Source: Gemmatimonadaceae bacterium
Lineage (GTDB): Bacteria; Gemmatimonadota; Gemmatimonadetes; Gemmatimonadales; Gemmatimonadaceae
NCBI GenBank assembly: GCA_051859245.1
Contig: JBHYGA010000001.1
Coordinates: 544,001-608,000, forward strand
DNA: 64,000 nt
Direction: 5' to 3'
How positions within the stretch are numbered: the stretch's first letter is position 1; each line of letters starts with the position of its first letter. The translations under genes were made by a program, and so were the position numbers. Below are positions 48,057 through 56,533 of this stretch, one piece after another. The notes beneath the pieces are model-generated. The model was not told the DNA's origin and did not search any database. It worked only from the letters and a program-made list of their open reading frames with translations.

Positions 48057-48916
48057 GCACGCCGTCGGACCTCCACGAGTTGCTGCGCACGGCACTGCCG
48101 GAAATCAAAGCGCGCGCCGCGGCGGCGAACGTTACAGTGCGCTGTGAGCCAGCGCTTGTGCCCGGTGATGTGACCATCACACCCGAGGCGTTGCGCGCAG
48201 CGATCTTTGCACTCGTGGACAACGCAATGCGCGCCATGCCGAACGGCGGCACGTTGACCATCCGCACGGAACACGTGGAGGCCGCTGGCGCCGAGCTCGG
48301 ACCAGTACCACCGCTTACTCCGGGCAAGTACATGCGCGTCACGGTGCAGGACACCGGTACCGGCATGGACGAAAGTACGCGCGTCAAGGCGATTGATCTG
48401 TATGCGGAAGAATCGCGTGGGTTGACCACCGTGCTTGACACACTGCGCGAGGTGCGAGGTGCGCTATGGCTCGACAGCGCGATTTCGTACGGCACACGTG
48501 CGTTTCTCTATCTCCCGGTTGACACGGATGCGGCCAGCCGCCGTCGCGCGACCGTGCTGTTGGTGGAAGACGAGAGTGCCGTCCGCAGCGTGGTGCGTCG
48601 CATGTTGCTCGGGCAGGGATTTGGCGTGCGCGAAGCGCGCGACGGCGAAGCAGCGCTCCGGCTGTGGCATGCGGAACGCGCGCACATTATTGCGGTCATT
48701 ACCGATGTGGTGATGCCGGTGATGGGCGGACGCGATCTCGCGCGCGAGTTGCGTATGCTCGACCGCGATTTGCCCGTGCTGTTTATCTCCGCCTACGCGG
48801 GTGATGAACCCGGCTTGCTTGATGGTGTGGTAGAACCGCGCAAGCTGCTGGCCAAGCCGTTTACCAATGAGGGCTTGCTCGAGGCACTTCGCAGCCTGCT
48901 CGCCGAGTCCGAGTGA
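48053..48916 (+). CDS. Degenerate HATPase_c domain fused to a receiver domain (no His phosphoacceptor)
   Basis: N box LVDNAMRAM and G1 DTGTGM present; F/G2 boxes eroded; receiver LVEDE...TDVVMP...KPF. Confidence 0.8.
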   Translation: MSTPSDLHELLRTALPEIKARAAAANVTVRCEPALVPGDVTITPEALRAAIFALVDNAMRAMPNGGTLTIRTEHVEAAGAELGPVPPLTPGKYMRVTVQDTGTGMDESTRVKAIDLYAEESRGLTTVLDTLREVRGALWLDSAISYGTRAFLYLPVDTDAASRRRATVLLVEDESAVRSVVRRMLLGQGFGVREARDGEAALRLWHAERAHIIAVITDVVMPVMGGRDLARELRMLDRDLPVLFISAYAGDEPGLLDGVVEPRKLLAKPFTNEGLLEALRSLLAESE

Positions 48917-50112
48917 CACGACCGCGCCGTGCGGCGATCGTGCTGTTGGCAGTGCTGCTCGGCGCGGCGTGCGTCGATCGTGCACCAGTCGCGTCGGTCC
49001 CGCCAGAAGCCGAGTTTCTCGTGGCAGCGGGTGACTCCACGTACTGGATTCGAAGCAGCAGCGACGGACTGCGGGTGCGAAGCGCGCCAATCCTGCTCAC
49101 GCGCTTTGAAACGCAGTTTCATGAGCTGAGCATTGTCGAGGAGATAATTGATTTCTTCGACGCCGAGTTTGTACGCGAACGCCTTTTCGGATATCCGGTC
49201 ACGAGTGCTGATTCCACGTTGCTCTATGCGGACGACGCGGTCGAGCAGGCCATGGCGCGCTGGATGTCGGCGAATCCCGACGAAACACCGATCGATGCGA
49301 GCGACGAAGATGCACCCGAGCCTGAGTCGTCGGCGGCCGATTTCATCGAGGTGATTGATGTGCACGGTCGTTGGGTGAGTTGGGCGCACGCCATTGATAT
49401 CGATGTGGTGGGTGCGGATCGCCACCTGCATGAACGCCGTCGAGGTGTTGTTGATATTGTGACCGGTGCGCGCGCGACGCTGGATTCCCTGATGTCGCCG
49501 GATGACGCGCGGCGTGTGGAGGCGTCTGGTCGCGCCGCGCTCGACACCATGCTCAGCGTGGTGCGTACGGCCACCGACGAGCGAGCGACTGAGGCGCGTT
49601 CTACGCTGCATACGTTTGCGTTTGATCCCGCGTCCTTCAGTATCACCGATATTGCCGGTGCGCCGGCGGTGGTGTTTCATGTGGCCGGCGTGAACGCCGA
49701 AGGCGAAGCGCTTGAGTTACTGGTGCCGCCGATCGCGTTCCCACAGTCGCCGGCCTGGTGGAACGACGTCCGTCGCACGCTTCCGGTCTGGTCGTCGGAT
49801 TCGTTGACGGTGCGCTGGACACACGGTGCCTATGCGGTGGCAGGGACGGTTGATTCGTCTCGCACGTTGCTTGCACTGTCGCTCATGGCGGATACGGCGA
49901 ACGCCCGCCCGTGGCCGATTGCCGTGGTTCCAATGCCGGCGTATCAGTTCATCGCGCTCACGGCGGACACGTTTACGGGCGACCTCCGTGCCGCGCTGAT
50001 ACGCACGTTTGAAGACGCGTCGGCTGGTGACCCGTACGCCACGCGTGCACAGCGTCGTCCCGCACCGCGCGTTAAGCGATCGCCTCTTTTTCTCAACACG
50101 AGTGTTCCGTGA
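48913..50112 (+). CDS. Hypothetical lipoprotein
   Basis: Lipobox GAAC; 4-bp overlaps with both neighbours. Confidence 0.75.
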   Translation: MTRPRRAAIVLLAVLLGAACVDRAPVASVPPEAEFLVAAGDSTYWIRSSSDGLRVRSAPILLTRFETQFHELSIVEEIIDFFDAEFVRERLFGYPVTSADSTLLYADDAVEQAMARWMSANPDETPIDASDEDAPEPESSAADFIEVIDVHGRWVSWAHAIDIDVVGADRHLHERRRGVVDIVTGARATLDSLMSPDDARRVEASGRAALDTMLSVVRTATDERATEARSTLHTFAFDPASFSITDIAGAPAVVFHVAGVNAEGEALELLVPPIAFPQSPAWWNDVRRTLPVWSSDSLTVRWTHGAYAVAGTVDSSRTLLALSLMADTANARPWPIAVVPMPAYQFIALTADTFTGDLRAALIRTFEDASAGDPYATRAQRRPAPRVKRSPLFLNTSVP

Positions 50113-50609
50113 GTACACGTCAGGCACGACCCGTTTCTGAAAGCGCACACGTGTCCAGCGAACTGATCATGCCGCAGGACGCGAATATTTTAGGCCACGT
50201 GTTTGGCGGCGCGATCATGGCCATGGTCGACAAAGCCGCCGCTGTCGCGGCGTTCCGGCACGCGCGCGCGAACTGCGTCACGGCGTCCATCGATCGCGTT
50301 GATTTCAAGGAGCCCATTCATGTGGGCGAGCTGGTGTCGTGTCTGGCCTCGGTGAACTTCGCGGGCAACACGAGTATGGAAGTGGGTGTGCGCGTGGAGG
50401 CCGAAGATCTGATCTCGGGCATACGTCGGCATACCAACACCTGTTATCTCACGTTCGTCTCGATTGATCGAAACGGCCGCCCCGTTCCGGTACCGCCCGT
50501 ACTGCCGCAGTCACCGGATGAAGAGCGCCGTTACGCGGCGGCTCAGGCCAGACGCCGCCGTCGGCTCGAAGAGCGGCAGGCGGAGGCGCGTCAGGACAGC
50601 GGCACCTGA
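50109..50609 (+). CDS. Hotdog-fold acyl-CoA thioesterase
   Basis: 'DANILGHVFGG...VTASIDRVDF...TSMEVGV'. Confidence 0.93.
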   Translation: MSTRQARPVSESAHVSSELIMPQDANILGHVFGGAIMAMVDKAAAVAAFRHARANCVTASIDRVDFKEPIHVGELVSCLASVNFAGNTSMEVGVRVEAEDLISGIRRHTNTCYLTFVSIDRNGRPVPVPPVLPQSPDEERRYAAAQARRRRRLEERQAEARQDSGT

Positions 50610-51544
50610 TCGTGCGCCGCAGGTTCCTCGACCAGCGGTAGCACCACTTCCATCCCATCGCGCGCGATCTGCGTGTTGGCGAAGACCGCGCGCGCCTCGG
50701 CCTCCAGCAGCTCTGTTTCGCGCGAGTAGCGCGCGGAGATGTGGGTGAGGAGCAAGCGTCGGGCACCAGCCGCTTTGGCCACGCTGGCGGCCTCAGCCGC
50801 CGTAGAATGGCCGGTTTCCACCGCTCGCTCGCCCTCGTCGTTGGCGAAGGTGGCTTCGTGCACCAGGACATCCGCGTCCCAGGCCGCCGCGATGGTCGCG
50901 TCGCACGGGCGTGTGTCGCCGGTGAGGACGATCTTCCGACCGCGACGTGCGTCACCAACCAGCATGGCCGGCGAAATTTCGCGTCCGTCCGGTAGGGTGA
51001 CGGTTTCGCCCTTGTGGAGCTTGCCCCACAGGGGCCCTTCGGGCACGCCCATGCTGCGAGCGAGTTCAGGATTGAACCGCCCCAGTCTGTCGTGCTCCGC
51101 AACGGCGTAGCCGAGGGCGCGACTGGGGCCGTGATCGACGGCAAACGTGACGATCTGATAGCCCTTTCGTTGTAGCGCCGAGCCAGCATCGATCTCGGTC
51201 ATAGTGACCGGGTAGGTGAGGTGATCTCCCCCCAGTGTGATGCATTGACGCAACGTTTTGGACGAGCCACGTGGGCCCCACAAGCGTAACGGTTCGGTCC
51301 GGCCCTGTAACGCCATCGTTCGGAGCAGGCCCGTTAAACCGAGCACATGATCGGAATGGGTGTGCGTAAAAAAGATGTCGTCGAGGCTGAAAGAAACGCC
51401 GTAACGCATCATTTGACGCTGTGTTCCCTCTCCACAGTCGAAGAGCAGCGTCTCGCCTTCTCGCACAATTGCGAGCCCGCTGACGCCGCGTTCAATGGTC
51501 GGACGCGCGGCCGACGTGCCTAAAAAACGAATAGAAAACGACAT
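50591..51544 (-). CDS. rnz: Ribonuclease Z
   Basis: LGTS, DCGEGTQ, THTHSDH, GP exosite, GDTRP, HEATF, HS, THISARY. Confidence 0.95.
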   Translation of the reverse strand: MSFSIRFLGTSAARPTIERGVSGLAIVREGETLLFDCGEGTQRQMMRYGVSFSLDDIFFTHTHSDHVLGLTGLLRTMALQGRTEPLRLWGPRGSSKTLRQCITLGGDHLTYPVTMTEIDAGSALQRKGYQIVTFAVDHGPSRALGYAVAEHDRLGRFNPELARSMGVPEGPLWGKLHKGETVTLPDGREISPAMLVGDARRGRKIVLTGDTRPCDATIAAAWDADVLVHEATFANDEGERAVETGHSTAAEAASVAKAAGARRLLLTHISARYSRETELLEAEARAVFANTQIARDGMEVVLPLVEEPAAHDQVPLS

Positions 51545-51687
51545 CCGGCAAATATACGACGTCGCGGCCCGACCTTTGCATAGTCCATGACGCTGTGTGA
51601 CAAAAAGCGACGGCGGGCAGGGGTCTCCCTCGCCTGAAAATCCGCTGCCGACGAGGGCAGCATCACTGCGAACCGTAAGGAGACTTC

Positions 51688-52113
51688 ATGCCCGGGAAGA
51701 GCAAGCGAGGCTTCGCGTCCATGGACAGAGCCCGGCAGCGCGAAATCGCGGCCAAAGGCGGGCGTGCTGCGCACGCCAAAGGCACGGCGCACGTCTGGTC
51801 GGTAGAGGAGGCGCGCGAAGCGGGGCGAAAGGGTGGAGAGATGATCAGTCAGGACCGCTCGCATATGTCGCTGATTGGTCGCGAAGGCGGAGAATCACGC
51901 AGCGCGGCTGTTCGCGCGGCACGTATTCGTCGCATGAAGGAAACTGCCGCCAAGCGCGCTGGCGTACGCGCCATCGCGGTGGACCGGGAAGTGGAGATCG
52001 ATACATCGCGCGAAGGACTGCGCCTGCAGGACGTTGCCGCAACGCGGTCGAGCGGCAGCAGTGTATCGCTAGACCACGTGCGCCCATCGCTCGAGCAGCG
52101 CGACATGGCGTGA
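51688..52113 (+). CDS. KGG-repeat general stress protein
   Basis: 'RGFASMD...REIAAKGG', 'EAREAGRKGG', 'IGREGG'; SD AGGAG. Confidence 0.88.
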   Translation: MPGKSKRGFASMDRARQREIAAKGGRAAHAKGTAHVWSVEEAREAGRKGGEMISQDRSHMSLIGREGGESRSAAVRAARIRRMKETAAKRAGVRAIAVDREVEIDTSREGLRLQDVAATRSSGSSVSLDHVRPSLEQRDMA

Positions 52114-53070
52114 TGGATCGATGTTGCGCCCGCTGACAATCGCCACGATGGGCCCGTCCCCGAGCGACTTGTCAGCGCGCGCTGCATCGCGCAACGCGGC
52201 CACGGTTACACTGCCGGCGCCTTCGACCATCAGCTGTTCGTGCTGATGTAACCACGCAATGCTCTCGCCGATCATCTCCTCTTCAAGCGCGATGATCTGA
52301 TCGAGACAGCGCTGTCCAATGTGCAGCGCGTCGTCGTCAATCTGCCCCGCCAGTCCGTCGGCGAGTGTGCGTTCAGACGCGATCTCCACCACATGTCCCG
52401 CGGCGACCGATTTTGCCATCGCGGCGGTGCGCACACTTTGCGCACCCACAATGCGCACCTCTGGTCGCAGTTCACGCAGCACTGCGCCGACGCCACCCAG
52501 CAATCCGCCGCCGCCTACGCACACCATCACCGTGCGCACGTCCGGACGCTGCTCAAGAATCTCCAGCGCCACCGTGCCTTGTCCGGCCAGGAGATCTTCT
52601 CCAAGACAGGGATTGATGAACAGCACGTCTTCACGGACCGCATGGGCTTTCGCAAGCACCATCGCGTGATCGTAGTCGTCTGCTGAATCGTCTACGGTTG
52701 CTCCAAGCGCCGCGATACCGTCTTTCTTGACCTGCGGCGCGTCTTTGGGCACGTAGAGCGTGGCTGGCGCGCCAAAGTGATGGGCGGCCCACGCGACGCC
52801 CAGCCCATGATTGCCTGCGCTCGACGCGACCACGCCGCGTGCGCGCTCTGCAGCGGACAGCCGATGCAATACGGTGTACGCACCGCGCACCTTGAATGAA
52901 CCGGTGCGCTGCTCGGTCTCCAGCTTGAGCCACACGGGGACGTGCATCAGGTCGCTCAACGCGGCACTGTAGCGCAATGGCGTTGGCGAAAATTCATGCG
53001 AGAGTGCCTCGGCCGCTCGCTGAACCGACGCGAGCGTGGGCAGGACACCTGGAAGCAGAGATTCCGTCAT
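52069..53070 (-). CDS. Threonine/serine dehydratase (PLP, catalytic domain only)
   Basis: TGSFKVRG, SAGNHG, VGGGGL, SGRN; ATG at 53070 overlaps the photolyase stop. Confidence 0.9.
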   Translation of the reverse strand: MTESLLPGVLPTLASVQRAAEALSHEFSPTPLRYSAALSDLMHVPVWLKLETEQRTGSFKVRGAYTVLHRLSAAERARGVVASSAGNHGLGVAWAAHHFGAPATLYVPKDAPQVKKDGIAALGATVDDSADDYDHAMVLAKAHAVREDVLFINPCLGEDLLAGQGTVALEILEQRPDVRTVMVCVGGGGLLGGVGAVLRELRPEVRIVGAQSVRTAAMAKSVAAGHVVEIASERTLADGLAGQIDDDALHIGQRCLDQIIALEEEMIGESIAWLHQHEQLMVEGAGSVTVAALRDAARADKSLGDGPIVAIVSGRNIDPSRHVALLERWAHVV

Positions 53071-54527
53071 GCCAAAGAACTTACATCGCTCCATTTCCGA
53101 ACGTATCGCCCGACGTCGAACTTCTTGACGGCCCGCGAGGTGAGCATCGGCCGCAGTCCGCCCCAGATCGGCTTGTTGCCCCACGAGCGGTCCCACAGGC
53201 CGAGACACCACATGATCCCGCCCACGCTATTCGGATCACGTCCATCGAGCGCGTAGCGATCGTTGAGGTGGAACATCCACGCGCGAGCGTCTTCGTACGT
53301 GGGCGCCCAGCGCAGGATCTGCTTGCCCCACAACATGCGCGCGTAGTTGTGTATCACACCGCTGCGCACGAGCTGTCGCTGCGCGGCGTTCCAGAGCGGA
53401 TCACCGGTGCGTGCGTTGTCCAGTTCTTCCAGCGTGTACTGTTCCGGACGCACGTCGGCTTCGTGTGCACGCATGGTGCGCTGAATCCAGTCCGGCAACG
53501 ACGCGAGTTGGTCGAAGTTCGGTGTGTGGATGCACCAGTTGTAACTCAGTTCGCGCCACGTGAGCACCTGATCCACGAACGCGTACACATCGCCTGCCGG
53601 CGCACCGCTCGCGAGTGCGGCGCGCACAACTTCGGCGGCGGCGATGTGTCCGTAGTGCAGATCCGGCGAGAGATGACTGGTGAAGTCGTCAGCCGCTTCG
53701 TTACGGCGCTCGTTGTAGTGCGGCAGTCGTTCGTGAATGAACGTGCGCAAGCGATCCGCCGCGGCCGCCGCACCAGGACGAAAGCGGTGAACTGGTGCGA
53801 CGGTATGATCGATCTCGCAGTCGTTCACCGCGTGTGCGATGTCATCGCCACTCATCTGTGCGAGTGCGAGCGTATCAACGCGTCGCGCGTTGTCGACCAG
53901 TGCGCGCACGGTCGCCGACAGCGCAGTGCGCGGTGCGCGCTCTTCCACCGGTTCAAGCGACAGATCCCGAAGTTTGGCCAACTTGGGGCGAATCGTGCGC
54001 GCCGCCCACTCCGCCTTTTGCAGCACACCCGACGGCACAATGCACGCGCTGTCAACTGCCAGCACTCGACAGCCTACGCGCTCCGCAAGCCGTCGCGTGC
54101 GATCATCGACACCCGCCGTTGGAAAGCGATCGGTGACCACCAGAAATGCGTGCTCCGCCAACCGGTCGACCACGCGTCGGTCGTCATCGCGCTGGCGCCG
54201 CAGCACAAACTGATACGACAGCCCCGCGTGTTCGGCGCGCACGGCGGTCTCGCGTGCGGCGTGCAGGATGTGGTGCGTGTGGCGATCGCTCGCGTGCGGA
54301 TACGTGGGATCGAGCCCCTGATGAATCACGAGGGGCTTGTTGACCTTGTCGGCGGCGCGAATGGCGGCCCGCAGCGCCCAGTTTTCATGGAGCCGCTGCG
54401 TGCTTTGCATCCAGTAAAGCACGTACTCGCCGTCGGGCAGCGTGCGTTTGCCGTTCATGTCGGTAGTGCGCGGCACGAGCTGGTCGCGAACAAAATCTGA
54501 ATCGAGCGCGTGCAAGGGAGCAGTCAT
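53067..54527 (-). CDS. phrB: Class II CPD DNA photolyase
   Basis: YVLYWMQ...NWAL, SHLSPDLHYG, WREL, HNYARMLWGK, LDGRDPN. Confidence 0.9.
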   Translation of the reverse strand: MTAPLHALDSDFVRDQLVPRTTDMNGKRTLPDGEYVLYWMQSTQRLHENWALRAAIRAADKVNKPLVIHQGLDPTYPHASDRHTHHILHAARETAVRAEHAGLSYQFVLRRQRDDDRRVVDRLAEHAFLVVTDRFPTAGVDDRTRRLAERVGCRVLAVDSACIVPSGVLQKAEWAARTIRPKLAKLRDLSLEPVEERAPRTALSATVRALVDNARRVDTLALAQMSGDDIAHAVNDCEIDHTVAPVHRFRPGAAAAADRLRTFIHERLPHYNERRNEAADDFTSHLSPDLHYGHIAAAEVVRAALASGAPAGDVYAFVDQVLTWRELSYNWCIHTPNFDQLASLPDWIQRTMRAHEADVRPEQYTLEELDNARTGDPLWNAAQRQLVRSGVIHNYARMLWGKQILRWAPTYEDARAWMFHLNDRYALDGRDPNSVGGIMWCLGLWDRSWGNKPIWGGLRPMLTSRAVKKFDVGRYVRKWSDVSSLA

Positions 54528-54638
54528 GGTGGCGGAGCAACGTGGGGCGCGCGGCGGCGGTTCCGGGTGAGGCCGGCGGCGCGACGCAAAACGGTTATGC
54601 CAGAGTTGTGACGTTTTTCGTAGCCGCGAGTCCTTGGC

Positions 54639-54666
54639 TTGACAGGACGGTAGCGGAGACTAGGTT
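54639..54666 (+). promoter_or_regulatory. Sigma70-type promoter TTGACA-N16-TAGGTT upstream of tRNA-Ala
   Basis: Consensus -35 at 54639-54644; -10-like hexamer at 54661-54666. Confidence 0.6.
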
Positions 54667-54681
54667 GATCTGATCCGAGCG

Positions 54682-54710
54682 ACCCGCGCCAACGGTGCGG
54701 GTTTTGTTTT
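54682..54710 (+). terminator. Intrinsic terminator-like hairpin in the tRNA-Ala leader
   Basis: ACCCGCGCC-aac-GGTGCGGGT followed by TTTGTTTT. Confidence 0.55.
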
Positions 54711-54754
54711 GGACGGCGTTCCGCGCCGGAAAGCACCTCGGTGCTTCGCCAAGC

Positions 54755-54827
54755 GGGGCTGTAGCTCAGCTGGGAGAGCGCTGCATTCGCATTGCAGAGG
54801 TCAGGGGTTCGAGCCCCCTCAGCTCCA
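54755..54827 (+). tRNA. tRNA-Ala(CGC), CCA not encoded
   Basis: GGGGCTG/CAGCTCC acceptor with G3:U70; anticodon arm CTGCA-TTCGCAT-TGCAG; GGTTCGAG T loop. Confidence 0.97.
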
Positions 54828-55018
54828 TCACGATTTGTTTGTTGCAGAAACGATGCATGGAACCCGTGGCGAACGCCCGGGTATCATGAGAAAATACGCA
54901 GGGCAGCCCGCCGTCGTCCGGTAGGACGGAGAGTTCCAATGGCGATGTGTGAGGCACCTGCCGCGACCTTATGACGATGAGGATCGCGAAGGTGAGATTC
55001 GACGGAATCCACCGCGTC

Positions 55019-55051
55019 CGCCGCAGCCTGAAGGCTGCGGCGATTTCGTTT
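55019..55051 (+). terminator. Intrinsic terminator
   Basis: CGCCGCAGCC-tgaa-GGCTGCGGCG followed by ATTTCGTTT. Confidence 0.65.
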
Positions 55052-55107
55052 CCGGCCACTTTTCGGCCAGATCTCGTGCCGGCAGTCCCCGTTCCGGGCA
55101 AGGCGCG

Positions 55108-56424
55108 CTAGCGAGAAGCCGGCAGCGCGCCAAGGTCCTGGCGCATTGCCTGCATGGCCCCCGCTATGAACTGTGCCTCCTGCATTTCCACGCGCCCGGC
55201 AAAGTCATCCATGGCGGTAAAGCCAAGATTCCCGAGCCAGCGCACGACGGCACTTTCTCGCACGGCAACCTCCGTGCTGCGGTGAATGACCGACTGGCCA
55301 TTGGGCAGGCGTCGAATCGACAGCCGGGCGTGAACACCACTGCCTTCAAACGGCCGGTTGAGCGGTGATCGCACCAATCGTCCGGCGATGGGCGGAAGAT
55401 CCCAGTCTGGCGCGTTGCTGAAGCGAAAGTCCCAGCCGCGCTCGTTGGCGCCTTGCAAAAACACAAAGCGTCCGCGCATGTCGCGCACGCCCACTGTAAA
55501 CGGGCCAAACTTTGCGGACGCGTCCACATGAATCGCGAGTGTATCCGGTCGATCGCGAAGCGGACCTTCCAAAGGTTGCAGCGCGCCGTTGCGGGATCGG
55601 AAACGCAACGTCACCAGATCGTGCTTCCCTTCCGCCACAAACCACGTGTCATTCGCGTGCACGCCCGTGACCGCCTCGTCGCGCAGCGTATAGCGGTACC
55701 GCGCTGGTGACACATACTTGTGCAGGAACTTCGCAAAGTCGGGGTACGTCGCGGCAATACGATCCGGGTGCAGCTGAATGCCAAGCGACACAACGGTTGA
55801 CCCGTCAGCGAGGCGTGTCGTGCGAACGGAGTCGAGTGTGGCGAGCTGCGCAAACGCGGCGCTGGTGCGTGGCATCGTGCGGCGATAATCCGCGCGAATC
55901 GCGTCAGCTGATCGTTCGCCTGAGCGCAGCAGTGCGGTGAACACTTCCGCAATGTCGTGCGGCAACGCGGAACCAATGGCCTGATCAACCTGCGTGCGCC
56001 AACGTCGGTCGCCGCCTGGCAATGTGTCCAGCGCAATGAAATGGCGTGAATCGCCTACCGCTGACGGCATCGGGACGACGTCACGCGCCGCAAACTGATA
56101 TTTGCCGTCAATCAACCGACCAGCGGCTGACAACTCACGTGTTGCACCAACGCGCCGTGTCCAGATGGTGTCGCCTTCAACCTTGCTCGGTGCCAGCGCG
56201 TAGCGCGCAATGCGCATGCGCGCGTAACCGTAACGTGCGTCACGCACAGGCTGCTCAAAGCGGTGCTGTACGCTGGCTGCCACCTGACCAGCTTTTGTGC
56301 GCGCCGCTGTCGGATCAGTGGCGTATGCACTGACGGCGCTCTCGCAGGACGCGCTGAACAACGCGCACACCGCAATCGTGAGCGCACGGCCGGCACGCGT
56401 GTGGTATTCATAGGGAGTAGTCAC
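55108..56424 (-). CDS. Hypothetical lipoprotein
   Basis: 438-aa ORF, lipobox-like SASC, TAGAAT 6 nt before the GTG. Confidence 0.75.
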   Translation of the reverse strand: MTTPYEYHTRAGRALTIAVCALFSASCESAVSAYATDPTAARTKAGQVAASVQHRFEQPVRDARYGYARMRIARYALAPSKVEGDTIWTRRVGATRELSAAGRLIDGKYQFAARDVVPMPSAVGDSRHFIALDTLPGGDRRWRTQVDQAIGSALPHDIAEVFTALLRSGERSADAIRADYRRTMPRTSAAFAQLATLDSVRTTRLADGSTVVSLGIQLHPDRIAATYPDFAKFLHKYVSPARYRYTLRDEAVTGVHANDTWFVAEGKHDLVTLRFRSRNGALQPLEGPLRDRPDTLAIHVDASAKFGPFTVGVRDMRGRFVFLQGANERGWDFRFSNAPDWDLPPIAGRLVRSPLNRPFEGSGVHARLSIRRLPNGQSVIHRSTEVAVRESAVVRWLGNLGFTAMDDFAGRVEMQEAQFIAGAMQAMRQDLGALPASR

Positions 56425-56533
56425 GGCTACATTCTACCCCAGTGCTACCGCGACGGGTTCAGTGCGTGCCGCCGTGTCCCAGCCTGCCTCGTCTCGGTCC
56501 GCCGTTCGCCGGCCTCCATATCCACGAGAGTTC

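Noticed and set aside
52977..54500. 507-aa plus-strand ORF opposite the photolyase
   Set aside because: Antisense shadow ORF typical of high-GC DNA; no recognisable motifs
54583..54613. ECF41-like GTCACA...CGTC promoter for the photolyase (minus strand)
   Set aside because: Spacer is 20 nt, too long for the expected ~16 nt
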